DNA from: Kudoa neothunni
Lineage: Eukaryota; Animalia; Cnidaria
Direction: 5' to 3'
Length of the DNA: 64,000 bases
NCBI GenBank assembly: GCA_964304625.1
Contig: OZ199838.1
Coordinates: 12,467,843 to 12,531,842 of the forward strand
Under the pieces are notes generated by a model. That model had not been told where the DNA came from, did no database searches, and saw nothing but the letters and a program-made list of their open reading frames with translations. A program made the translations under genes and the position numbers. Shown piece by piece: positions 12,223-25,088 of the stretch (position 1 is its first letter; every line of letters starts with the position of its first letter).

Positions 12223-14553
12223 CCCTTTGAGACCTGAAAATCAAGGAGTGAGAAAATATTTTTTTTGAAAATGTCAAAATATCTAAAAAATAAAAATTAA
12301 TAATATATATAAAAATTAAAGAAATATTTAATTAGGAAGTCTATTAAACTTAATGGTGTCATATGGCACCATTCGGAGACACCTTGGTCTCGAAAATTAC
12401 AACGCGCATGCTCAAAAATTAAAAAAAACATTGTCGTTCCCAAAAAATACACGTATAACAGATAAACCTAATAAAAAAATCTATTTGTTTGTATGATAAT
12501 CTAAGAAGCAGTTTCTATTTATATTTAAGCATAAGTGGACATCGCATTTGAGACACATTATTCTGGAATGCAGTCCACAAAATTTACATCTTATTTTTGC
12601 CGTTGTGCATTCTGGGAAATGTGAGATTTGATTAAATCGTACATTTTTACTTACCTTTGACTCAGAAAGATTATAGACCCTAGTTGTCATTGGAATTGGT
12701 GTGGTAACAAAATCGGATGTGGACGGCCTACCTCTCTTCATCATATTTACCACCTGATTCACATGCATCAATTGCTCGCTCACCGAAACGCTAAAATCCA
12801 TTAAACAGAGAATATTTTTGGCAGGAATTTCGTTTAGCAGGCACTGGCGTTTGTAGACAAGCCATTCGTTAAGGATACATAAATTAATGGCCCACAAAAA
12901 TATCCTCTTATACCATTTTTTGGATTTATGATCCAATCGATAAAGAGCCATCAGCATGTCAAAAAAATCCACTCCACCCATGTTTCGATTGTACCATTTT
13001 GATGATATGTGGGCAATCGATTTTCACAACTTTTTTCTCTTTTCGATCGTATCTGTCGATAGTGCTCATAGGAGAAATAGAGTGAGCGGTCGATGTCACA
13101 GTTACGACAGAGCTGTCTAACCAACGCACAATGTTAGTTTTTGAATTTTTATCTGCATATAGCGCGTATTCGTAACTGCCCCTTTTCAATTTTTTAAAGG
13201 TCTTATCATCACTGACAGGACAATTACGGAGGCGATTTCGTCTCATCGTACTCGTGGAATGATGAGCCATTTTGAGTAGAATCGAATGCAGCGGGAGCGT
13301 TGAAAAATAATTGTCAAAATATAGGTGGTGTCTGTTTCCCTTTTCAATAGACTGGACCAATTTTAAAACGATGTCGGAGGATCGGAAACCCGAGCTTTCG
13401 CCATCATAAGTAAAATTGCCATCTTCAAAAAAAAAGTCGTGGACAATACCACCAGACCCATTTCTTGTAAATACCTTTAAATGGAATCATTTGCTCATCC
13501 ACACATTGATTGTAGTCGGGTTCAGTTTTCAAACAGGCCTCTCGAATGATGTCTAATAGGGGCCTTACTTTAAAAAATCGATCATAATCCTTGTGGTTAC
13601 AGGATTTAACAATATAATTGTTATCGCAAAAATGAATGAATTTTTGCATATCCATGAAGCGATCTCTCGACATTTTATCAGCTATAGTTGTTATGTTGAG
13701 TTCAGCACTCCAGTAGCTCCTTATTCTAGGTAGTTTAATAATGGCCATTCTTATAAGCATTCCAATGAATAACTTTATTTCGTTTACGGTAGTCCGTAAC
13801 GACGAATTTTTTTCTATGGAATACTTATTAGTTTCTTTACAAATTAATTCAAATAATTTGTCGGAAAAGAACATATTAAAATATGAATAAGGATCCAAAA
13901 TATTCTCTTTTTTGAGTTTCTTATTTATGAGGACGCTTTCATCTACCATGTTTAATGAGTTTTTTATAAATCGTGATTGATGGTCGTTATGACCCTCTGT
14001 GTCAGAACTAGTATCTGAGAGAATATCGGGTTTCAAATTTTCGATTTCGTCATCAGATATGTTTTCAGCGTCAGATATATCGGCATCAGGTAGTAATATT
14101 AACTCCTCAACAATATCCCCATTATCACTAATCTTTTTCACCAAATCAGAGTCCATGATAATGCTAATCTGACACAACAACGTGGGCGCCGAATGGTGCC
14201 ACGAATTAATCATTCACTGTAAACCTCGACATTTACGAACTAATAACGGCGATATACATTTTTTTAAAATTTTGTATAATTTCCAATATATATTTTTTAA
14301 ATGAAAATATAATAATTTTAGGAATATGATTCAATCAATCAAACATTACCTGTTTATTATACAAAAAACATCGATTTGATTTGCATTTTTATTGATAAAA
14401 AAATAAAAAATACTGTTATTTGTTTTTTTGATAAAATAAAGTGACAATTAATAATGCTCTTATAGGATATATTTATGCAGAGACACTAATACACGCCGAG
14501 AAATTTCCAAAACAATGCCATGGTGCCATATGGCACCATTCCGTCTTAAAGGG
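12223..14553 (-). mobile_element. piggyBac transposon (PGBD2/3-like), frameshifted transposase at 12481-14213
   Basis: TTAA TSDs at 12219-12222 and 14554-14557, TIRs CCCTTT(G/A)AGAC. Motifs VDEQM, YFDNYF and MGGVDFFD, plus a C-terminal Cys-rich domain. Confidence 0.95.
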
Positions 14554-14793
14554 TTAAACCTGTACATACTCAAAAAATTCAATGAATCATGCTGGATAAA
14601 AGAAAATTATTCTGAAATAAAATTGTTACTACACAGGACATTACACTGCCTTTATACCCCGATTATCAAAGATTAATGTTTTTTTTAGAATAACCAACCA
14701 CCCAACGTGAGCACGCCAACGACGGTTAAGCGCGCGCTATCACATATAACAGCTTATTAAAAAATATTAGTTAGCTCCTCCCAAATAGTTATA

Positions 14794-15410
14794 ATGGAGA
14801 CATCAATTAAAAAACGAGATAATTACATCGATTGGGATACGTATTTTATGGGAGTTGCGTTTCTATCGGCCCAACGAAGCAAAGATCCAAACACTCAAGT
14901 GGGCGCTTGTATCGTGAACAGCCAAAACCGAATTGTAGGCATTGGATACAACGGTATGGCCAAGGGTTGTTCTGATGACGATTTTCCGTGGTGTCGAACC
15001 AGTCCATCCAATGATCTCTTGGAATCCAAATATTTATATGGTAATTTGTAGCATTACAGCTCAAAATTATTGTTTGAAAAATTATAGTATGTCATGCAGA
15101 ATTGAATGCTGTTCTAAACAAAATATCGACAAATTTGGACGAATGTCGAATATACGTGCCATTGTTTCCATGCAACGAATGTGCGAAAGTAATTATACAG
15201 TCTGGAATCACTGAGGTAACGCGTCTAATGCTGGAATAATATCATGAAAGTACGATTGATTCATAGGTGATTTATATTTCTGACAAATATAACTATAAGA
15301 CTGAAATAAAGGCTTCAAAACGAATGTTTTTTGCTTCGAATATTAAGCTTAGGCAGTTCACACCGAAAAGGAGTCACTTACATGTGGATTTCACTGTTTT
15401 GGATAATTGA
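14794..15410 (+). CDS. DCTD: dCMP deaminase, 3 exons
   Basis: [29 protein letters not shown]...GIGYNG. Splicing restores the zinc motifs VCHAELNA and LFPCNEC. Stop TGA at 15408-15410. Confidence 0.95.
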
Positions 15411-16105
15411 AAAATCCAGCGTTTGTTCTAATTTCTCAATTATTTATTAAAACGGCTACAATTTTACAAATCTATTGTTGACATATTAGTGATAAAATAA
15501 TTTTTTTCGCTACACATTATTAGATATATAGCGTCACATAGTGAAATTATCGAATGCACTTAATAAAGTTGATAAAAATATTCGCACTTGTTTTTTTATT
15601 TATTGCAGAATAAGATTAGTTATTTCCTTACATTATACTTGGACTTTAGTTTAATTGAATTATTTCAACTCAAATTAATTTAGCTTCTTAAGATCTTATC
15701 TTTCTTTAAAAATTATTCAAGATTATATCCTTAAAGTTATTAAAATATACACTTAAAAAAGTTAAATCCACAAATGATAATGAATTAGTCCTTAACCCTT
15801 TCACTTACAATGTATATTTAAATATATAATAGTCTAAATTAAATCTTATTAATCTACCTAAAGAAGATTTGAGAAACAATTAACTTTTTTATTTTAATCC
15901 AAGTTTTCATCCAATAGTACATATTTTGTGCTGATTGGGTTACATGATTTACTTTCGATTAAGTGAGTGATTTGTTGTTCTTATAAGGACTAAAGCAACT
16001 TCTAATTAATTTATATCAACAAAAAATCACAATTAAATAAGTTGAAAAGAATAAAATTTATTTTTTTATATGTTATAGCAACTAAATCTATTTTTCACGA
16101 GTTAA

Positions 16106-16113
16106 GCATGCGC
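16106..16113. promoter_or_regulatory. GCATGCGC (NRF1/Ewg-like) candidate promoter motif
   Basis: Lies 16 nt before the MetAP1 ATG. The same 8-mer lies 15 nt before the UBN ATG, and GCGCGCGC lies upstream of DCTD. Confidence 0.4.
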
Positions 16114-16129
16114 CACAATAACTTAATTC

Positions 16130-17901
16130 ATGACCAGTGACAACTGTCAAGTCGAACAACAAAAGGCTTCAGCAACAAACGATTTGAAATGCTCTACCGA
16201 ATCATGCAAAAACCCTGCCAAAATGCAATGCCCTATCTGCAAAAAATCAGACATAAAAAGTTACTTTTGCAATCAAGTATTATTCCACTAATTATCATGG
16301 TAAATCTACGTTTGATGTGATTTACATGATGGTTAATTTTTAAAAGATAAATAAAAATTATCATGTGCTTCTGTAGGATTGTTTTAAAAAGAGTTGGTCA
16401 GTTCACAAATTGATGCATGGTGGTATGTGTAACTTTGTTATTTATTAGACAGGTGATTGTAATCTTAATGCTTATATCTTCTATAGTTGCTCCTTGCTCT
16501 AACCCTTGGCCTCACTTTCAATACACTGGAAATCTTCGTCCATATCCAACGGTAATGGTAATATTGGTTGTTGTGGTTACTAAAACAGATTTTTCTTTCG
16601 AAAGGATATCAAAAGAGATGTACCAAAACACATCAAGCGTCCCGACTATGCTGATCATCCTGAAGGTATCTATTGGATAGCAATCGATTTTATTGATGAG
16701 ATTGACTGATAGGAAGATCGCTGGCAGAAGAACAATCCAAAGAAAGTATGACAATAATATCACTTACACCCGAAGAAATCGTTAAAAGTCGAACAGCCGG
16801 CCAAGTTAGTTTAACTATAATTGATCTTCATTCAAATGAATCTCGTTATTGTATCAGTTGGCTAGACGTGTAATGGATGAGGTGGCCAAAGCTATCAAAG
16901 TTGGCATTACCACAGATCACATTGATCAAGTTGTGTACGAAGAGGCTATCAAGCGTAATTGTTACCCCTCACCCCTTAACTATTATGGTTTCCCCAAAAG
17001 TTGTTGCACGTACTTTTATAAATGGTATCTGTGGTCCTATTCAATCCCTTTGTTAGGTCCGTTAATGAGGTAATTTGTCATGGTATTCCTGATGGTTACA
17101 CATTGCAAGATGGCGATATTGTAAACGGTAAGCCAAATAGCATTCCAGTTTAATCCCACCAATTTACTGTCTTCTCTAGTTGATATTACATTGTATCATG
17201 ATGGTTTCCATGGGGATCTTAACGAAACATTTTTTGTTGGGAACGTTGATGAGAAATATAAAAAGTTAGTCAAAGTGACACACGAATGTCTCACCAAAGC
17301 TATTGACATGGGTATTGCTTTATTCATTTTTTTAATTCGTTGATTGACACTTTGTTGAAGTGCGCCCTGGCGTTTATTATCGTGAACTTGGCAATCTCAT
17401 TCAAAAACATGCAAATGCAAATGGATTTTCTGTTGTTAAAAGTTACACTGGTCATGGATGCCATAAATTATTTCATTGTCCACCTAATGTTCCACATTAC
17501 GCAAGTATGTGGTATCCTATTTAATCGTTCTGGTTAAATATTTTATAAATCTGTTTAGAAAATAAGGCTGTGGGCGTGATGAAACCTGGTCATGTTTTTA
17601 CTATTGAACCTATGATTAATGAAGGTATTGTCAATGATAGAGCAATATGAATAGTTGGTTCATGGGTTGTTGTAGGATCGTTTGCTGACACTTGTTGGCC
17701 TGACGATTGGACTGTTGTCACTGTGGTAATATATTGATTATGGTGTGTGTCGATTATATTTTTATACGGATTGACTAGGATGGCAAAAGGTCGGCTCAAT
17801 TCGAACAAACACTTTTAGTCACTGACACTGGCTGTGAAATACTAACTCGTAGAATGGCTAAAAAGGGCCAACCTTATTTCATGGATCAATTGACTAAGTG
17901 A
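16130..17901 (+). CDS. METAP1: Methionine aminopeptidase 1, 12 exons
   Basis: N-terminal zinc finger (CSTESC...CPIC...FCNQDCF...W..HK), then [32 protein letters not shown]...HGDLNET, GHG, FTIEPM and SAQFEQT. All 11 introns are GT-AG and in frame. Confidence 0.96.
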
Positions 17902-18788
17902 TCTCTGCGTTGTTGTCAAAAGTTGTTGTTTTTACATTTTATGTTGGTAGTCTTTAGTTTTGACTCCATATTAATTATTTTCTGTAAAAAAACAATTTTT
18001 ATTGTCTTCAAGTGTGTTTTTCTTTAACGCCAATCGAATCAGCTATCAACATTTATTACAATGGTATTCTTTTTTGGTTTAAAGGTGAAACTCAGGTTCA
18101 CACTTTTTAATTTATTGATTATTTCCTACTGATGTCAACTCTATACATGCTGTAGGCTTCGTACCTCGTTTCCTCTAATATATGACAGCGCTTATATTAA
18201 ATTGGTTTAAGAGTTTTAGGTCTTATTTTTTATAAGATAGATCTTATATTTGTAACATATAAAATTTCCCATGCATTATTTAGCTCATATCATGGAATTA
18301 AAAAAGACTCTTGTTCAATAGGAAAAATAGTATTTTATTATAAGAAATACGATGCGGAACATATCATCTAATGAGTACTGTGCTTTCTCGGAAATAAGAC
18401 CCGATCTTATATTAATTTGACACAAAAAAGCTACCAGGTCTTATATTTCTGGCAAAATCATAATAATTGGGCTTCTATATAATTCTCTTAAAAAAGAAAA
18501 GTAGGTTTAGTTTTTATAGCAACAAATTGTTATCTTCATAGAAAACATTATCGTTGTCCGTTAAATTATTTAGGAGCTTATATACATGCACTTTTGGTAG
18601 AAAACAAAAATAATGAGAGTATATTGAGTACGTAAAAAATTAAACGAACCATTAAAATTTTTAATATTATTTCAAAAATAGGATATTTGTGTCAAAATAA
18701 TGTGTTTATGTTTAAACAATAATATGAATTTTAGTTTTCACATTTAAAGATAAGGTAAACCATTATTTTTATAACTAAAGCGTATTAA

Positions 18789-19777
18789 CTCTCCTGGGAT
18801 CATGCAAGTTTTGTTCATATTAACTTATGTAAATAAGAAACGGCATATATTCTGCTAACAAAAATTTTAAGCGTAATATCAAATATTATCGTATTATATA
18901 GCAATAAAATAATTATAACGACACGAATAAATAATGCATGTAAGGAGAACGTTATAGTTTTTATTTCCCTCATATTGTATAAACGGATTCCGATGATGTC
19001 AAAGGATAGTTTTATGGATTCACATTAGTACTTACCAAAACGTGTTAATTCTCTATAATTGGGGACGACAAGATATTGTGGATATGTTTCAATACTATCC
19101 ATTGATGTTTATCATTTCTTAAAATATGACACTTCAATGTGTCCTAGAACGCCTATACATATTTTCTTTCTACATGCAGTATAATCATAATGGATTAAAT
19201 TATACAATTTCGATTGATTTTTAAATATTTAATTAGGATGGTGCAAAAGTAATTTAATGAAGAAAAGAATTAACTGATTTTGGAAAAATATAAATAATAA
19301 AAAAAACCCAAAAATAAACACCAATTAAAATTTGGACCGTAACACATACTTTATCATTACTTACATTTTATTCTGTTCAGTGAATTAGATCAAATATAAT
19401 CTACCAATCAACGTAGAGAATGCCGAGGTCGAACGTATGTGTAACCCATGGGATGCGTCGCTGTTTGTCTCATTATTTGCAAAAAAAATAATCGGAAAAC
19501 ATTTGTTTCATTTCCTACCTATCGAAACGGATTTGAAATGGTTATATCTATCTTATAATTTAACAATAAGATGGATTGTAAGAGATTATATGGGTAACGT
19601 TTATTGAAATGTTCTTGAAATTTTATATTGATTCACTTATTAATTTAATTATTCGGATACTATTTGTAAATATAAAAAATTAAGAGAAAATACAATCGCT
19701 ATCATAGGAAACATCTGGAGTACCTGTGGTACCCCTATGATTACACGCGTAGGTTTTTGAGTAACGTCCTTCGAGGG
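18789..19777 (-). mobile_element. Non-autonomous piggyBac, same family as 58173-60421
   Basis: GTCCTTCGAGGG followed by TTAA at 19778-19781. About 19350-19777 is the reverse complement of about 58173-58610. The other end (TTAA-CTCTCCTGGGATC at 18785) is only tentative. Confidence 0.65.
19233..19328. mobile_element. MADE1-like mariner miniature
   Basis: TTAGGATGGTGCAAAAGTAATT nearly matches the Hsmar1/cecropia-type TIR. A decayed opposite end reads ..AAAAACCC..CACCAATTAA. Confidence 0.5.
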
Positions 19778-20048
19778 TTAATCAAGGTCTTATTTAAAAT
19801 TATCACTAAAAATAAAGCTGGGTCTTGTTATCGAGGAAACACGATAGTACTCTAAACACAAGACCTTGTCTTTCTGATATTTTTGCGTTAGTTTGGAAGG
19901 AAGATAAGTTAAACATTCATGTTTCAAGGCAACTACCGCAGATCCTACATTTTCATAGGATTTGGCTGTGTAGAATCTCTGTAAGATTTTTATTACCTAC
20001 ACGATGCGCCTTGGACGATTCAAACGTTTAATTTAACTTAATCGACTG

Positions 20049-20646
20049 CAGTGTTTCCCAATTTTCTTTGTATCCCGCCCACTTCTTTTAAAAAAATTTC
20101 CGTTCCTATTTCTTTCAAAAGTATTGATTTTTTGGATTAAACTGTTGATAATTTTGAATAAAGCTCTCTATCACAATAAAATTTGAAAGCAATCGATATA
20201 TTTCTGTTCTTATTAAAATTAAAATGTGTTTGGTCAGATCTAATTCAAGTTATCAATGGACCTTACAAATTAACATCTTTAGTCCCTCATTCCGTCAAAA
20301 ACAGCATCAAATGAAACTCGTGGTAATCCAGCCTTCTTTAGGAAAGACTTCTGTATATAGGGGACTAATGAACCGATAATAAATAACATAGATACAACAT
20401 TAATTATTATACTAAGTTTAATTAACAAAAGGGATATATGATTCTAAATGAGACAACATTGAGATTCAAACCATTCTGATTCTATTCGGGTGACGGACAT
20501 GTTAAATATTGTTATCAATTTTTATATAATTAGTCATCGCTTTTTGTATTTTTTATTATATTAGTCTCCGTTTAAAAATAAGTGACATTGACTTCAAAGT
20601 ATGCCATAAGTCCCAATTTTTTCATCCCACTCGTTGGGATACACTG
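20049..20646. mobile_element. hAT (Charlie-type) MITE, about 600 bp
   Basis: TIRs CAGTGTTTCCCAA / TTGGGATACACTG. Flanks ATCGACTG and CTCTACAG match at 5 of 8 positions. Confidence 0.7.
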
Positions 20647-21436
20647 CTCTACAGGACCAAACAATAACCACATTCGCATCGTATATAACTGTGAGGGGGT
20701 TAATAGCTACAGCTTACATTACGAAATAAGATCACACAGCAAAGATGCCGTGTTATGACCGAGGTAGGGCCCCAACTCATAAACTCGCTATTCGTAGTTC
20801 AGTGGCCAGAATATTGCACTTTCTGTGTGCCAACTGTGGTTAGTCGTATAATGCTCCACTCAAAATCAGTGCATGTAACCCATGAATTACATCATTAATA
20901 ATGCATATTTTTCAAATAACAAGTTACATTTACAAAGATAGTTGAAAGACATCTCTTATTTTTTCATACCTTAATTTTTGAAGTTCAAACTCCATAAAAA
21001 TTACTTTGTTGTGTTAAAAAAAGAATTATTTTAATTAATGAGATTATATTTATTGTGATTGGGGTTAATTAGAGGTGTTAAAATTCTCTAATATATAACA
21101 AGTTTAATTCACTCGTATGATATCGGAGGGAAATCAATAGAAAATATCCTTTTAAAATTTTCCCGATAGTCATTTAAATATTATCAGAATTATTCTTAAA
21201 CTAAATTACCTCAGAGAAAGCCGATCTTCCCACTATAAAACTCGTAGGAATACTACGTCGGCCCTTTTCGCATCTAAATTATCGTTATAGATATTTAAAT
21301 ATTTTTCACATTTAAATAGATTCCATACATTTAAAAATGTCTTAAGTTATTTCAATGAAGATATATTAAATTCCATGGAACTATTAACTCATATACTATA
21401 TGCCTGTGATGTGGCATGCGCGGTCTTCCAACACAA

Positions 21437-24400
21437 ATGGAAAGGTTAGGTGGGTATGCACCGAAATATTTTAACACCTTATTTTAATAATGTTTTAACT
21501 TATAGCGAAATGCCTATAGAAACGATGGGATCTGATTCTTTTCCTCAATCCTCTACACAGGAAGAACAAACCACCTCTCAAAAATTACCTCCAAACGTGA
21601 TGATTGTGGATTATGATCTTTTCTACGAACCTGGAGGATTTAAGATATTATTACCTGATTCGGACCAAGAATGTTGCATTGAGATAATTCCAAAAATCAG
21701 TTCAAATATTGATGATCATGATGAAGCCACAGCAAAAGATACAAACAATTATGTATGCCTCAAAGCTGAAACTATTTACACTTGAGTTTATAACTTTATT
21801 AATATTTTTAATTTAGAATTATCGTCAATATTTTGAGATGAATGTATATAAATATTTGTGATTGTATGTATTGATTGATTGATTTCTGTCTAGCATTTCT
21901 ATGATTCGGCTAAAGGTTACGATGACAACGACCCTTTTATTGACAATGAAGACGCAGTAATGACCGTTTGTCGCATTAATACGTATAATAATTGTTGATA
22001 GTATGAGGATGTGATGAATCCACATCTTGACACACAATATGGAGGATTTTATGTGAATAGTGGTCCGTTAATTCTTAAAAGTATTCACTCAAATGAAGCC
22101 CAGACTGAAAAGACCTCCAAAAGGTCATACAATAAGAAGAAAAATAAGCATCATCCAACGGACGATATCGACGCGGTTTCAGCCACGGAAACCAATACAC
22201 CTTCAAAAAAGAGCTCAAAGGCTAAAAACTTAAACGATCCTCCAAATATCAATGAAAATCCAAATGTACATCTTGTTTAAACCACTCAAGATCCTAATAT
22301 CTCAATATGTTGTAGGATAACGAAAAGAAAAAATCGAGAAAAAGAAAAATCAAATCTATTGTCAATGCCGACTCCAACTTGGTGATTGGCATGCCTAGTG
22401 GTACACCTACAAAACATCCGGAACAACAATCTTCTGGGGTGGAAAAAGTAAATATTGATGCTGAAAATAAAGTCTCATCATCCAATGAGTTGATTATTGT
22501 TAAAGAAAAACCTCATGGTATTGTTCGTATTGATGTAAGCACTTAAGTTGATTAAAATGATTAAAGCACGCCCACCAACTGTTTCCGCTTGTGAGCAAAA
22601 TGTTGAGTTGCCCGATTATCTACCAGCAGATTATAAAAATATGGTGTTAGAAATTGCTGAAACAATTAAAAATATCCCAGAAACATTTGACGACGCCGAA
22701 TTCAACAAGAAATGGTTTTCGTATTTAGTTTTCTGTTTGATGATAGATTAAATGTCTATTGTTTTAGATTTTGTAGTTTTCTTCTAAATACCGCATTTAA
22801 ATCCAAAACTGTAAATATTCTATCACATCTAGAACATTAGTCCTACTTCTCTAGGTTATTTTGAGATATGTCGCCTCTAAAACTGGTATTTCAAAAGGGA
22901 GTCTAATTCTTCAAATTTCCAAATGTCTCACAGATGACATTGTAATAGTGGAAAGCAGAATTTTTGTATTATTGATTTTCTTAGGTTGTCAATATGAAGA
23001 AACGTTTCGACTCAACCAAAAAAAGTATTAACTCATTTTTGAGTTTATATCTCGAATTTTAGTTGATGTTATTCTAATTGTTAATGTGTGTGTATCTTTG
23101 ATAATAGCAATTTCTTCGTTGGATACTCCCACAGTTATAACTATCGTTACTACGCTACTAAGAACGTAATTTTTATTTGGCATATTGTGCTTGTGGTAGT
23201 AGTTGTTTTTGCTATAGTGATGATTACTATCTATTTATTGACGATCTAACTAGAATTGGAGCAATAAGTAAATTTTGTGGTAAAAGTTCGCCATCCATCG
23301 AAATTGAAGTATCTTAGCGATAATATTTATTCTGTTCATCAATTTACTGTGCTAGAATGATATGGTCAACAGTTTTGGAGAGCTATGCCCTGCGAATATC
23401 TCAAAGACTGAGTATGATAAAATATTGATCAATTATTCGATTTTTTAATTTTCGTATCTAGTTTTTTTGTGAATTTATATGCATACACATTTGTAACCAA
23501 AAACAAGTAATTGACATTTGAACGTGGTTTGTGTGTTGAAATATTTTTAGGTTGAAAAAACATAAGTCAGTCTCTTTATTGAAAAATCTTGCGTTTAAAT
23601 TCGGTGCGTCTACTGATGATATTACAAAAATAATGGAAACTGTCACTCCGATTACAAGTGCGCTTGTTAAAAGCCCACTACCCACCCCTCCATCACACAC
23701 AGAAAGTCAAAGTAGTGGTAGCAACAATAACAAAACCCCATCTTCAGCTGATATACAACAAAAGAGATTTGCCGTGATGTTACCAAATCGGCAAGTAATA
23801 CTAGCCACTTCTGAACAACTAAATAAACTTTCCACGATAACCAATATTTCTTCCGTCAATCAACATTTGAATGATCCTTCTTTCGGTCAAAATTTTAACA
23901 CTCCTGCAGTAACCCACCCTAAGAAATTGGCTAATTGTTTATTATTTATTATCTAGTCATACAATCAGGATCCTTCGAATAAACCGTTTAATTATAGTTA
24001 CCAGAACAAATTAAATCCACCTCATAAATCACCTTCGAATGTATCTGCTGTGTCCACCCCAAGTGGCGGAGGCTCGATGATCTATAATCAAAAAGTGGTC
24101 ACTGCACGATTCCCACCCTTAGTTCAACTTGAGAATGTGAATAATAATTTCTAAAATTAATATTGGAGAAACAGTTGATGTATAACGAGCTTGCTTATTC
24201 TAGAGTCTACCTACCAACAAACCTCATCCCAATAACCAAATTCTTCATAATATTTCTGATTCAAAATCTAGCCCACAACTTCCACCATTAATAATGTCAA
24301 ATCAAAGGTATTGATCGGAGTTTATTTCTGACATAATTTTTGATTGTTAGAATGAAGAAGGACTTCGAACTGCCTCACGCCCACTCATCCAGACCCAACA

Positions 24401-24444
24401 ATATTTTCCCTTCTAATACACCTCACAATAACTTCGGGAGTTGA
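21437..24444 (+). CDS. UBN1: Ubinuclein/yemanuclein/Hpc2-like H3.3 chaperone subunit, about 16 exons
   Basis: Splicing restores the Hpc2-related domain GYDDNDPFIDNEDAYEDV...TQYGGFYVNSGPL. A continuous GT-AG spliced frame can be traced to TGA at 24442-24444. An alternative in-frame ATG lies at 21416. Confidence 0.8.
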
Positions 24445-24684
24445 ATTTTCCTCTTTATGTATTAAGCTGTTACATTTTGATTTATGAGCGTAATTTTATT
24501 GAAATTTTCTAAATAAAACTGGCTTTTGTAGTAATTTATAAAAATATTTCCATTAATTCATAATTGTGTTATCTATAATAATTAAAATTTCCCCGGTTTT
24601 ATTATCCACGGTCTAACTTTTAATGATCGGAATAAAGATGAAGTATAATAAATGTGACTTTGAAACTAAAAGAACTATGCAATA

Positions 24685-25088
24685 CAGCGCAATCTCTTTC
24701 TTCGACCATGATCCGTACTAGAAGTGTGGTCGAACTCCAAATAATTTTTCCCCGTGAAAATATATTTATTCCGTTACTACGCATCAAATAAGTGGCTATT
24801 TTTATTCTTATTTATGAAAAAAAACATACAGACCTTGTGATTATAAAACATAACAAATAAATATTATAATGAAAATGAAAATGAAAATGAAAAATTGGAT
24901 AAATATTTTTTGGTCGTCGTACGATAGATTATAATGGTTTCTCTTTCGATGATGTTCGCACAGTTTGATTGAGCGACTCTACTTCTAGAATTTCTTTTCT
25001 GTTTTTCGCTCCACCTAGATTTGATACGAATACCCTTTTTGTATTTATTTGAGTTCAAAATTTGTGGTCGAACTCCGAGATTGCACTG
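24685..25088. mobile_element. pogo/Tigger-like MITE, copy 2
   Basis: TIRs CAGCGCAATCTC..TTCGACCA / TGGTCGAACTCCGAGATTGCACTG. Homologous to 11048-11418. Confidence 0.8.

Larger units (their letters stand above)
18162..19845. mobile_element. Decayed Tc2/pogo-like non-autonomous element(s) with nested insertions
   Basis: Imperfect inverted ends (CGTTTCCTCTAATA.. / ..TTATCGAGGAAACACG) and repeated AATAAGAC/GTCTTAT subterminal motifs at 18160-18450 and 19785-19845. Confidence 0.45.

Noticed and set aside
17512-17520. U12-type donor GTATCCT in MetAP1
   Set aside because: It lies inside an intron whose in-frame donor is the upstream GTATGT, and no U12 branch motif is present.
17796-17812. MetAP1 AQFEQT instead of AQFEHT
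   Set aside because: The metal-ligand Glu is retained, so the change is not evidence of inactivation.
23063-23067. 5-nt microexon (ag|TTGAT|gt) in a UBN intron
   Set aside because: Inclusion gives a stop in the next exon, whereas a single 83-nt intron keeps the frame.
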